This document shows, piece by piece, positions 18,146-26,951 of a DNA stretch of 63,405 nt. The notes under the pieces were generated by a model. The model was not told the origin of the DNA, did not search any database, and worked only from the letters and a program-made list of their open reading frames with translations. The DNA is from a virus (taxonomy: Duplodnaviria; Caudoviricetes): positions 1-63,405 of IMG/VR virus record IMGVR_UViG_3300032285_003896; one strand, given 5' to 3'. Numbering within the stretch: position 1 is the stretch's first letter; the number at the start of each line of letters is the position of its first letter. Position numbers and translations under genes: made by a program.

Positions 18146-18171
18146 TTAGCAATAAACAAAAACAAACAGTT

Positions 18172-18417
18172 ATGCAAAATTCAAACAGGCCTTCGAGCTA
18201 CCAAAAGTTGACTTACATCCAAAAGGTAAGTCGTATTAATCGCAAGCTCCGTACTGGAGACATCACAACCGTAGCTGAGACTACCGGTTTTTCTACCACT
18301 CACGTATCTGACGTGATCTCTGGCAAGTACTTCAACGACAAGATCGTTAACGAAGCCTATGACATGACACGTGGTCGTCTGTCAAATGCAGTTAAGCTGT
18401 CTAGCTTAGAGGCATAA
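18172..18417 (+). CDS. small helix-turn-helix DNA-binding protein (start revised to MQNSNRP)
   Basis: GDITTVAETTGFSTTHVSDVISG HTH; own promoter and terminator. Confidence 0.7.
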   Translation: MQNSNRPSSYQKLTYIQKVSRINRKLRTGDITTVAETTGFSTTHVSDVISGKYFNDKIVNEAYDMTRGRLSNAVKLSSLEA

Positions 18418-18444
18418 TCTATTCGCTTTTTATGATTTGTTACC

Positions 18445-18476
18445 GGCCTGGGGTTTTCACCCTGGGCCTCTTTTTT
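18445..18476 (+). terminator. intrinsic terminator
   Basis: GGCCTGGGG-loop-CCCTGGGCC followed by a T tract. Confidence 0.75.
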
Positions 18477-18477
18477 A

Positions 18478-18638
18478 TAAGTGGTTGATAACCAATAGGT
18501 TAGGATCCCCATAACTGATTGATTTCCAAGCCTTTATAACTGATTGATTGCCAATAAAAACTTTTGAAAATACTCAAAATAAATTTTTTTATTTGAGAAA
18601 TTTGTTATAATTTTACTATATAACAAATCACAAACAGT
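18478..18638 (+). promoter_or_regulatory. early promoter cassette 4
   Basis: Units at 18478, 18512 and 18537; CCAATAAAAACTTTTGAAAATA; AAAATAAATTTTTTT; TTGTTATAATTTTACTATATAACAAATCA. Confidence 0.75.
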
Positions 18639-19061
18639 ATGACACAGATTATCAACACAACCACAATTTCAGATGTAGATTTCATTAACGGCCAGAAAGG
18701 AGAATACAGAGCCATAGTAAAGGTTAAAGCCGGATTCGTAACAGTAGTTGATGATCTAGGATCGACAGCCAATTGGAGTACAGGACCACAATGGAAAAGA
18801 GCCATTGATGTCTTCAGAGGTTTTAAGAAAGGTGCACTACAGACAATCCAATTCCGTGCAGAAGGTTCAAAGACCTGGTTAACAGTGTTCGCAAGATCAG
18901 GTAATAAGATCAGACTTATGGATAAAGAATTGTTCAGAGATATGGAAGTTGGAGATATCAACCAAAGTTGGAGTAATACCAACCTATGTGATCAGAAACA
19001 ATATGGCATGGTAAATGCCAAGACTTGGGCAAGTAAAGCATTTGTTAAGAATGCTGCCTAG
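18639..19061 (+). CDS. early hypothetical protein
   Basis: First ORF after cassette 4. Confidence 0.65.
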   Translation: MTQIINTTTISDVDFINGQKGEYRAIVKVKAGFVTVVDDLGSTANWSTGPQWKRAIDVFRGFKKGALQTIQFRAEGSKTWLTVFARSGNKIRLMDKELFRDMEVGDINQSWSNTNLCDQKQYGMVNAKTWASKAFVKNAA

Positions 19062-19065
19062 TCCA

Positions 19066-19120
19066 AAAATAAATTTTTTTATATCAAAATAAAGTCTTAT
19101 ATTTACTTATACAAACAAAT
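19066..19120 (+). promoter_or_regulatory. early/middle promoter
   Basis: AAAATAAATTTTTTTAT...GTCTTATATTTAC. Confidence 0.65.
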
Positions 19121-19132
19121 AAAATAAAGGTT

Positions 19133-19936
19133 ATGTCAAAATTATCAATGTCAGCTATCAGCCCAATCAGTTTAGAAACAGCAAGAGAACAAGCACCAGC
19201 TATCTTCGCAACCTCACCGGCTCCTACAATCAAGAGTCCTAAGTATCAGTTCACACCTACCTTCGAGGTTATTGACCATATGAAGAATATGGGTTATGAG
19301 TTAACAGCTGCTAAGCAGTCTAGATCTGGAGTAGACCTCCGTAAGAATTGGGGTATCCACATCACTGAGTTCCAACATCCTGATCTATACATCAAGGATC
19401 CTCAAGGTGATATCGAGGCCCGTCCAACAGTTGTGTTGATCAACTCACATGACGGTACACGTCCACTTCAATTTGAGATGGGTCTCTTCCGTCTTGTATG
19501 TTCTAATGGTCTGATCATCAAAGACAAAGACCTAGGATCATTCCGTGAGAGGCACACTAAGTACAACTTCCAAGAGGTAAAGGACCTGATCGATTCAAAG
19601 GTATCTGGACTCCAAGACGTTGTAGGTAAGATTAGCCAATGGAATATGGTAGAGATGACAGACAAACAAAGGTATCAGTTTGCTGTAGAAGCCTTGGCCT
19701 TAAGATTGAATACTGATCGTCAGCCTGAACAGTACGAGGTATTAGATATCCTTAATGCTAAACGTAAGGTAGATGCCCAACCTACACTATGGCACACCTA
19801 CAATACCGTACAGGAGAACCTGATCAAAGGTGGCTTCCAATTGAACAATAGGCAGGCTAGGGCTATCAAAAACCCTGTAGAGGATCTAGTTCTTAACCAA
19901 GGCCTATGGCAGCTAGCCGATGCTTACGCTAACTAG
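19133..19936 (+). CDS. DUF932 (DUF945-like) family protein
   Basis: LINSHDG...GLFRLVCSNG...LWHTYNTVQENLIKGG...LNQGLWQLA. Confidence 0.9.
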   Translation: MSKLSMSAISPISLETAREQAPAIFATSPAPTIKSPKYQFTPTFEVIDHMKNMGYELTAAKQSRSGVDLRKNWGIHITEFQHPDLYIKDPQGDIEARPTVVLINSHDGTRPLQFEMGLFRLVCSNGLIIKDKDLGSFRERHTKYNFQEVKDLIDSKVSGLQDVVGKISQWNMVEMTDKQRYQFAVEALALRLNTDRQPEQYEVLDILNAKRKVDAQPTLWHTYNTVQENLIKGGFQLNNRQARAIKNPVEDLVLNQGLWQLADAYAN

Positions 19937-19938
19937 TT

Positions 19939-20092
19939 GGTTAGAGAGGCGGTGTGCTAGTACGTCATTAGCGCCTTGCTCTCGACCTTTAGCATGGAGC
20001 TAGCATGATGGCAAAGGGATAGTTCTTGTAGATAGGGGCTTGCTGGCAGGGGGGCCCCGCGTTGACCACTCCTGCACACCGGGGAAATTCCC
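19939..20092 (+). ncRNA. candidate GC-rich structured RNA or DNA element
   Basis: Hairpins at 19939-19987 (many G-U pairs), 20046-20075 and 20082-20092 in an intergenic GC-rich patch. Confidence 0.35.
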
Positions 20093-20135
20093 AAATTGGT
20101 ATAAAAAGTAAATACGTAAATAAAAAATAAAAGTT

Positions 20136-20429
20136 ATGTCAAAGAAACTATTTGAAAAGGCCTATCCATTTGGATTTGAAGTTAACAAGTTCGAAGGAGA
20201 CCGGAATTACACGATCACCGGTAATCTTACAAGAGAGTATTGTTTTAAGGAGTACGACAGTAACTATGATGTTGAGGAACATATACAAGATCATGTAAAT
20301 TGTGAAGGGATCGGCTTTGATTCAGAGTTTAGCCAGTTCTTTGCCCATGCGGATACAGAAGAGAGAGCCATACAGTTTTGCGAAGACATCCAGGCTTGGT
20401 TTAATAATATAAAAGAGTTAGTAGGTTAA
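20136..20429 (+). CDS. hypothetical protein
   Basis: AAAGTTATG leader; FDSEFSQFFAHA motif. Confidence 0.6.
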   Translation: MSKKLFEKAYPFGFEVNKFEGDRNYTITGNLTREYCFKEYDSNYDVEEHIQDHVNCEGIGFDSEFSQFFAHADTEERAIQFCEDIQAWFNNIKELVG

Positions 20430-20458
20430 TAATTAAATAAAAACAAAAACAGAATAAC

Positions 20459-20602
20459 ATGAATGAGTACAGAATCTTATCGACAACGACAGCAGACAAT
20501 TTATCAGAGGTAGTAACAAAGTATCTCCAGCAAGGTTGGGAACTTTGGGGTGATCCATTTATAAAAGAAGGTGTCTATTGCCAAGCTATTACTAAAAAAT
20601 AA
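20459..20602 (+). CDS. DUF1737-like small protein (not in ORF track)
   Basis: YRIL...LSEVVTKYLQQGWELWGDP...CQAITK. Confidence 0.65.
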   Translation: MNEYRILSTTTADNLSEVVTKYLQQGWELWGDPFIKEGVYCQAITKK

Positions 20603-20607
20603 TCCCT

Positions 20608-20763
20608 ATGAGAAAATTAGAATTCTTATTTATGATCTTGGCCGGGGCGTCTGCCTCGGTCTCCATCATCATCAATAGAGATGGTGGTTGGCAAGCCATT
20701 GGTTGGCAGGTATGTACTCTCCTATGGATAGGAACCTGTTGGTTAAAAACCCTTAAAAATTAA
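20608..20763 (+). CDS. 51-aa membrane protein (not in ORF track)
   Basis: Two hydrophobic segments. Confidence 0.45.
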   Translation: MRKLEFLFMILAGASASVSIIINRDGGWQAIGWQVCTLLWIGTCWLKTLKN

Positions 20764-20767
20764 TTTT

Positions 20768-20932
20768 ATGGTGAAGATTTTTATGATAACCTTAGCCATT
20801 ATATTATTCCTTTCAGCCTTAGTGCTTCTTTTTCTCTTAGGAGGCCAAGGGATAACAAACGCATTCCCTAATTCAGGATTTGCTAATTGGTGGAGAAAAC
20901 AAATTGTTGACGAAAACCCTTCGGAGGAATAA
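20768..20932 (+). CDS. 54-aa membrane protein (not in ORF track)
   Basis: N-terminal TM then FPNSGFANWWRKQIVD. Confidence 0.55.
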   Translation: MVKIFMITLAIILFLSALVLLFLLGGQGITNAFPNSGFANWWRKQIVDENPSEE

Positions 20933-20934
20933 TT

Positions 20935-21189
20935 ATGGACATATATAAATTGTTAGACAGTATGACTAAAGAGGATATAGACGAGGCCTTAAGGTATCTT
21001 CCAGATCTTAATAAGGCAGGCCTTATAAAAGAGTTTGCCAAGAGAGTAATAGCAGCAGACGGGATTCCTAGCATTTCCGATGCTATGTACTATGCCTATT
21101 ATGATCTAATGATAGATTCCGATACCGGGAAATTCAAGCTCGAATACCAAAACCTATTCCCAAGCTCCGGGAAAGACCCAATTTTCTAA
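20935..21189 (+). CDS. hypothetical protein
   Basis: Operon packing. Confidence 0.55.
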   Translation: MDIYKLLDSMTKEDIDEALRYLPDLNKAGLIKEFAKRVIAADGIPSISDAMYYAYYDLMIDSDTGKFKLEYQNLFPSSGKDPIF

Positions 21190-21208
21190 AAACCTTAAAT
21201 ATAGATTT

Positions 21209-21448
21209 ATGAAAAAAGTGGATAAAGATTACACCCCGCATTTCTTGACCCATGTTCCAGGAGGAAAGAGGTTAGATATCGTATACCATTCTGGTAAAAC
21301 CTTTAGACAGAATAACTGCCATTACCCAGAGAGGTACGTTAAGACTCTAATAGATAACCCTGAACTAGAACCCGTTCGTGAGGCTTATTATAATGGAAAA
21401 CCTTTTTACTTCAATGGGAAATTTAATTATGCAGAATCTAAGGCCTAG
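21209..21448 (+). CDS. hypothetical protein
   Basis: ORF with A-rich leader. Confidence 0.55.
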   Translation: MKKVDKDYTPHFLTHVPGGKRLDIVYHSGKTFRQNNCHYPERYVKTLIDNPELEPVREAYYNGKPFYFNGKFNYAESKA

Positions 21449-21523
21449 AGGATGTTTCTAGTGCTCAAAAGGGTTTAGAGTGATAAATTTGTATATATGG
21501 TATTTTAGGGCCCCTTCAAAAAC

Positions 21524-21820
21524 GTGCTTTTTATGACATTCATAATCGTTTTACTTATAGCAAGTCTTATTATTTGTGTAGCTTATCTATTTAGAAAATT
21601 TCTATGGTATATAACTTGGTTTCTATTTGGTATAGCTATGCTAGGGCTTCCTGTAATGTTCTTAGATCTTGATATCGGTCTATCAATGTTAATCTATGGA
21701 TTAGTATTCTTGGTCACAACCTGGCTAGTCATATCGGCTTCTGCGGCTATCGTTGCATTTGTTGCCCTACCCGTATCAATTCTCGTAGGATTCTTTAAAA
21801 GTCTTTTTAGAATACGCTAA
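21524..21820 (+). CDS. multi-pass membrane protein
   Basis: Nearly all hydrophobic; alternative ATG at 21533. Confidence 0.55.
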   Translation: MLFMTFIIVLLIASLIICVAYLFRKFLWYITWFLFGIAMLGLPVMFLDLDIGLSMLIYGLVFLVTTWLVISASAAIVAFVALPVSILVGFFKSLFRIR

Positions 21821-21846
21821 TATTTATTAATAGTAAAAACAATATA

Positions 21847-22605
21847 ATGGCAGATAATTTTAACATTGCAAAATTCCTTAAAGAGAATGCTTTAGGACCT
21901 CATGGAATCTTAGGTAGATATGTAGACCTTAAACCTCTTAAAGAAGCTGATAAAGAAGATCTTGGTGGTTGGGATGGAGATGGAAAGCATGATCAATATG
22001 ACGGTAAATATGATGCTGAACACGGACCAGCTATTACTAATGAATTAGAAAAGCCTGAGCAGATCTATACCAATGATTGGATGAATGATAGTATTGAAGG
22101 TAAGAAAGTAGGTGCTTGGACATGCTATTATGAGGATCATCAAGATGTTATTTATTGGCTTCATGACAAGATTAACTCAGAAGATGTCGTTGTTTATGCT
22201 ACTCCAGGTTGGGATGGTGCTAAAGGTATTGCTTGTGAAACTTCAGTTGATAGTGGCGAAGCAGTTATAGATCATGAAACTATAGGAGATAATTCTTATC
22301 CTGATTTTGAATCTTATGCTGAAGCCGTTACTCCTTATCTTAATAAGGTAGAAAAGAAGTACAGTGATATGAATGAAGAAGTGTCAGTTAGTTCATCAGG
22401 TGTAGAAATGGAAGAGGCGCAAGATTATGAATATCAAAGTGCAGAAGAATTTGATCTTGAACCACAAGAAGGGCCAAACGATCCACTAGGACCAGATGCT
22501 CCTAAATATCCAAGAGCGGATTTTGCAGACGCAGTATATGCAGCAAATCAAGCAGGATTAAGTAAAGATGAACTAATTAGATTAGTAAATCAAAACGCTA
22601 AATAA
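21847..22605 (+). CDS. acidic late protein, probably head-packaged
   Basis: ATATTTAT at 21820; MADNFNIAKFLKEN N-terminus. Confidence 0.65.
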   Translation: MADNFNIAKFLKENALGPHGILGRYVDLKPLKEADKEDLGGWDGDGKHDQYDGKYDAEHGPAITNELEKPEQIYTNDWMNDSIEGKKVGAWTCYYEDHQDVIYWLHDKINSEDVVVYATPGWDGAKGIACETSVDSGEAVIDHETIGDNSYPDFESYAEAVTPYLNKVEKKYSDMNEEVSVSSSGVEMEEAQDYEYQSAEEFDLEPQEGPNDPLGPDAPKYPRADFADAVYAANQAGLSKDELIRLVNQNAK

Positions 22606-22632
22606 AAGAACCCCTTGCGACTCCCAGATATT

Positions 22633-22659
22633 AAAGCTCCACTAGTTGGGGCTTTTTTA
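22633..22659 (+). terminator. intrinsic terminator at the end of the + block
   Basis: AAAGCTCCA-loop-TGGGGCTTT followed by Ts. Confidence 0.7.
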
Positions 22660-22671
22660 TTATATGAGCAC

Positions 22672-22695
22672 AAAAAAAGCCAGCAAAAGCTGGCC
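22672..22695 (-). terminator. intrinsic terminator at the end of the - block
   Basis: Minus strand GCCAGC-TTTT-GCTGGC-T7. Confidence 0.8.
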
Positions 22696-22729
22696 TCTTA
22701 TTAATATAAAAATTAATAAAGAATTAAAA

Positions 22730-22897
22730 CTAAGCGGCTTTCTTTTTAGACGCAATTGACCAGCCAGCTCCTGCAAGAGTCATTACTGCTCCTAGGATCT
22801 CTTGAAATAAAGCATCGTCAACTAATCCTTTTGCAACGATAATACCGCCTACAAAAGTTAATGCATGTCTAATTAGACCTAAAGTTTGATCTTTCAT
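22730..22897 (-). CDS. 55-aa two-TM holin-like protein (not in ORF track)
   Basis: MKDQTLGLIRHALTFVGGIIVAKG...GAVMTLAGAGWSIASKKKAA; late motif at 22940. Confidence 0.7.
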   Translation of the reverse strand: MKDQTLGLIRHALTFVGGIIVAKGLVDDALFQEILGAVMTLAGAGWSIASKKKAA

Positions 22898-22956
22898 AAT
22901 ATTACTTTTTAGTTAAAAATATGTACCATTGGTACTATAATAAATATCTTTGATTT

Positions 22957-23409
22957 CTATTCTAAGTCCTTTCTGTAAAATCTGCCCTGTATATTATCAT
23001 TATAGGAATCTATACGAAGTACATCAAATTTCATTTGCCAATAAACTTCCCAATAAGTAAGTTGTTTTTTAGAGTAGCACAATTGAAGGATCTCTCTAGT
23101 GAATATTTCGTTTCCTAATTCCTTTCTTTCTAAGTTTAAATTCTTATTACTTCCATAATAAGTTAGCCAGTCACTTTCTTTAGTGACTTTCTTCTTCTTT
23201 GGGACGCGCCCAGGTTTGATCCAGGCCTCTGTTTCCTTTTTGGTTAATGTTTTATTAGTATTGTTATAAAGAACCTTTCTACCTATGTAGAATCGATTCG
23301 TGATAATGTTTGTTACCCTATATATAAAGCCAATTGCATTCTCTGGAAAATCTTCTATCTTCTTGAATTCTCGATAGCTTCCAAGTGCATCTACATAAAA
23401 CCATTTCAT
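22957..23409 (-). CDS. GIY-YIG nuclease (T4 EndoII/DenA-like)
   Basis: GFIYRVTN...YIGRK...ESDWLTYYGS...REIL...YNDNI. Confidence 0.8.
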   Translation of the reverse strand: MKWFYVDALGSYREFKKIEDFPENAIGFIYRVTNIITNRFYIGRKVLYNNTNKTLTKKETEAWIKPGRVPKKKKVTKESDWLTYYGSNKNLNLERKELGNEIFTREILQLCYSKKQLTYWEVYWQMKFDVLRIDSYNDNIQGRFYRKDLE

Positions 23410-23419
23410 ACTTTAAAGT

Positions 23420-23725
23420 TTAACTATCCCATCTGACTATGAAAGTCATATCTGTATTTTGTGGGATGGGATACGGTCTTGATAATTTTCCTACTACTAA
23501 AAGTTCATCTTGATCATTATATAATCCAACCATAGTAGTGTATGGATGAAAGTCTGATCCTGTTACTGCGTCTATATAAGATCCTGATGTACCTGCTTTA
23601 TTTGCGCTAGGATTTAATGTGTAGTTAAAATCATTCTCATCAACATGACATCTAATCTCATTTTGATAAATGGTAGATTCAGCAACGAATGATACAGTAA
23701 AAGGTTTATAGGGAATAATAGCCAT
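23420..23725 (-). CDS. tail-collar/baseplate-like C-terminal domain as a stand-alone ORF
   Basis: YTTMVGLYNDQDELLVVGKLSRP aligns with the C-terminus of 36487..37521. Confidence 0.7.
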   Translation of the reverse strand: MAIIPYKPFTVSFVAESTIYQNEIRCHVDENDFNYTLNPSANKAGTSGSYIDAVTGSDFHPYTTMVGLYNDQDELLVVGKLSRPYPIPQNTDMTFIVRWDS

Positions 23726-23739
23726 ATTATATATAAATA

Positions 23740-26124
23740 TTAGTTCTCACGTCTTTCTTCAGGACTATAATGAGCAATTCTATTATGATTTATTGGACTA
23801 GCTAATAATATCGCGGGTTTAAGATTTCCTTTTTTAGTTTCTTGAAACATATAACTCATCCAAGTTTGTTCATAAGGATTTGCCCATACAGTATCTAAAA
23901 ACATTTTTTGATTTCCTTTCTTATTAGTTATAGTTGGCCAATTACAGTAGTATATATCACCAGTAATATAACTTAATCCATCAATAACTTCTATTTTATC
24001 AAATTTAGTTCTAGGAGAATCTGGATCTAAACCTGTTATTGGTAGTTTATCATATGTTGGCCAAAATTCTGATCTAATAGATTGAGGAACATTGTACCAA
24101 GAAACCTGAATATTATTATCCATGTAAACTTCAGTATAAGACAGCTTAAGAAAATCTATATCCGAAGATTCCATTATTTTTAATGCTTTAGTATATAAAT
24201 CTGGTACATGGGTTCTAAAACCGTTTCTACAGTATCCATCTACAGGTTCATGTATTCCCATATCGTCTTCTAAAAAAATATAGTAATCGCTATCTGATTC
24301 TTGGAAGTGCTGAGCGGCTCTAAAACGTCCTCCATTTATTCCTGTATTTTCATTAGTTATGATATGTTCAAAATTATACTTCTTACAAATTTCTGCGTTA
24401 GCTAATCTCGCTTCATCATTAGTAGAATTATCTATCAAAATATTTCTAGTATCTGTTATCCACTTAGGATGCTTAAGCCATGTTTGTATGGTATATTCTA
24501 ATTGATGAGGAAAATTAAATGTTAACATATACAATGACAGTTTTAATTTTTTTGTGTCAATGTATTTTCTAATAATTTTTATTTCATTTTGTGGTATGTC
24601 TTCTAACTCTACTTTATCATCTAATAGAGCTTGAACAAATTTAACTATTAAACCATTGTAATCTAAAGCGTATCTTCTATATGTATTAGGTTCTAGGTAA
24701 GACATTATAGTAAATATACTCTCTTCAGTTCCCATATATCCAGATCCTAAAGATCTTTGTAATATAGCATAATACGTAGAATTAGCTTGATTTATTATTT
24801 CTTTTCTACCACCAAATAAACCCCCTCTACAAACATGTTCAACTTTTTTTCCAGCATATTCATTAATAGCAGAGTAATTAAATCCATGAATTTCATTTAC
24901 TGCGTCATAAGGATAACTTAAAAATAAAAATGATTCTAAGTATGGAAGTATTTTATCTAACGCTTTATTATCTGTAAAATATTTTTCATATACGCTATTA
25001 GTAATACCTGCATCTAACCAAATAAAATGATTAGTATCAAAAGGGTTCCATATAGTAACATCATTAAGCATAAACATCTTAGATTGAACTATTGGATTAT
25101 ACCATTCTAATGAGGCTTGAGGACTTGTTTTTAACCAACCTCCTTCGCCTGTTTGATTATACCAATCTGGATTGTTTCTTACTTTTTGTGTTTGATCCCA
25201 AAAAGGAGCATATAAATTTTTTACATCTTCTAATTCATACACTTTAACAAACGTATTTTCTTTAGATCTTTTTTGCCAAACTAAATATTCATATTCTTTA
25301 GGAATATAGATAAACATATTAACATCAATATCTAAAAATTTATTGAAGTTTTCTATGTAGTGACTAAAATCTCTATTAGGCCTTCCTATATTCCAAAGAC
25401 CAGTAACCACAGTTAAATCTAAATTAGATTTTTTTGATTCAATAGGTTTTAAATTTTGTACATATTCTTTAACTTTTTGTATATCCCACAAAGCTAAAAC
25501 TTTTCTATTTCCATTTTCAAAATTATCGACTCTAACATCTTCCTCTAAATATACATCAGCATCAGGAAAATTAAATGGAGATGCCATTAAATTAACTGGA
25601 TAAAATCTCCCAAAATCTACACCTTCGTTTTCTCTATGAACATCATTAGGATTACACCTACTCCAACCTTGATCTGTTTTTTTAGCCCATGTAGTACTTA
25701 AAAGATATTTACAATTTGATCTTAAAATATTTTCTACTATTTTTTTTCCTTCTTCAATAGGAAAGTGTCCTATAATATCTCTGACAATTAATAGATCTGA
25801 TTCTGGTATATCGTCTTTTACTAAATCAAAATTAATAAATTTTATTCTTGGACTATTATACTTTTCATTATTTTGTTGAATACATTTATCTACTATATCA
25901 CCGCCAATGTAACTCTCAAAATTAAAAACAATTTCTTTCATCCAATGAAAGTCTCCGCACGGAATGTCAACTACAGATTTAATATTTTTTTGTAATACTA
26001 ACTCTTTTATTTTTTCTCTAAGTAATTTAGTTTCTTCTAATGTACTGCCAGGACCAGATCTACTTTCAGTACTACCAAAACCAAATGTATCATATATGTT
26101 AGAAAATGTTTCTTTATATTGCAT
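23740..26124 (-). CDS. fusion of SAM methyltransferase, HtrL/YibB-like domain and GT-A glycosyltransferase
   Basis: SGPGS...VVDIPCGDFHW (MTase); TVVTGLWNIGR, IWLDAG, GGLFGG, GTEE (HtrL-like); IDNS...IFLEDD (GT2-like). Confidence 0.75.
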   Translation of the reverse strand: MQYKETFSNIYDTFGFGSTESRSGPGSTLEETKLLREKIKELVLQKNIKSVVDIPCGDFHWMKEIVFNFESYIGGDIVDKCIQQNNEKYNSPRIKFINFDLVKDDIPESDLLIVRDIIGHFPIEEGKKIVENILRSNCKYLLSTTWAKKTDQGWSRCNPNDVHRENEGVDFGRFYPVNLMASPFNFPDADVYLEEDVRVDNFENGNRKVLALWDIQKVKEYVQNLKPIESKKSNLDLTVVTGLWNIGRPNRDFSHYIENFNKFLDIDVNMFIYIPKEYEYLVWQKRSKENTFVKVYELEDVKNLYAPFWDQTQKVRNNPDWYNQTGEGGWLKTSPQASLEWYNPIVQSKMFMLNDVTIWNPFDTNHFIWLDAGITNSVYEKYFTDNKALDKILPYLESFLFLSYPYDAVNEIHGFNYSAINEYAGKKVEHVCRGGLFGGRKEIINQANSTYYAILQRSLGSGYMGTEESIFTIMSYLEPNTYRRYALDYNGLIVKFVQALLDDKVELEDIPQNEIKIIRKYIDTKKLKLSLYMLTFNFPHQLEYTIQTWLKHPKWITDTRNILIDNSTNDEARLANAEICKKYNFEHIITNENTGINGGRFRAAQHFQESDSDYYIFLEDDMGIHEPVDGYCRNGFRTHVPDLYTKALKIMESSDIDFLKLSYTEVYMDNNIQVSWYNVPQSIRSEFWPTYDKLPITGLDPDSPRTKFDKIEVIDGLSYITGDIYYCNWPTITNKKGNQKMFLDTVWANPYEQTWMSYMFQETKKGNLKPAILLASPINHNRIAHYSPEERREN

Positions 26125-26129
26125 AAAAA

Positions 26130-26942
26130 TTATTTTGAATAACCATGATCTATAAAAATTTTATATAAATTATTTCCATTATCACTAACCTCAGTTTGTC
26201 TAAATATATTACATCCTTCATAAGATTCGTGATGAGTATGTCTTAATACAGGAAATGTAGACACTCCTCCGCCATTTATCCAGTCATCAAAAGTAGGAAA
26301 ATTAGGTATTGATTCGTGTGTTTCAACTATTCTATCTCTTTTTTTACTAGAAAAATAAGCTGCCATTAATATATCATCTGCCCAAGAATAATACTCTTTT
26401 ACAAAATCAAAAAAATCTTCTTCAAAATAACGTCTTTTATATGATACTGTTTTATAATGCTGAATTATATCTACTCTGATACTTATTTTTTGGGATGTGA
26501 AATAGTAGTCTCTACTATCACCAAAATTAGATGCAAAATTTCCATTTTCGTCTCTAGATCTCATTCCATCATATCCAACAATACCTTCTTGCCATTTATT
26601 TTGATTTTCAATTTGAGTCTTTACCATATCAGGATCATAAACTAGGTCATCATCAACTACAATTATTATAGTTTCAGGATCAGTTATTCTTTGTACTGTT
26701 GGTATTAATTTAGTTGCTGGACCTAAATCTTCTGTTCTAAAAATTTTAATTTTACTGCACTCCTCTAACCATTCAGGAATAATATATTCTTCTCTAGTTA
26801 AATTATTAATATAAGGAATATTAAAATGTATTTCATAATCATCATAATTTTGATTAATTAATGAATTAATACATAATTTTATTCCTTGATCATCTAATAC
26901 TGAAAGCCTTGAAGGTATTGTTGTTAGTGTTACTATTGCCAT
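26130..26942 (-). CDS. GT-A fold glycosyltransferase
   Basis: VTLTTIPSR...DLGPATKL...IIVVDDD...ADDI. Confidence 0.8.
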   Translation of the reverse strand: MAIVTLTTIPSRLSVLDDQGIKLCINSLINQNYDDYEIHFNIPYINNLTREEYIIPEWLEECSKIKIFRTEDLGPATKLIPTVQRITDPETIIIVVDDDLVYDPDMVKTQIENQNKWQEGIVGYDGMRSRDENGNFASNFGDSRDYYFTSQKISIRVDIIQHYKTVSYKRRYFEEDFFDFVKEYYSWADDILMAAYFSSKKRDRIVETHESIPNFPTFDDWINGGGVSTFPVLRHTHHESYEGCNIFRQTEVSDNGNNLYKIFIDHGYSK

Positions 26943-26951
26943 ATTTTTTAA

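Noticed and set aside
3151-21074. Minus-strand ORFs in the + block (e.g. 3151, 6397, 8763, 9598, 10070, 16701, 17893, 18605)
   Set aside because: They overlap better-supported + strand genes or the tRNA-like RNA and lack leaders or motifs
22957-23409. GIY-YIG gene as an intron-borne homing endonuclease
   Set aside because: No interrupted host gene or intron structure; short catalytic-only protein like EndoII
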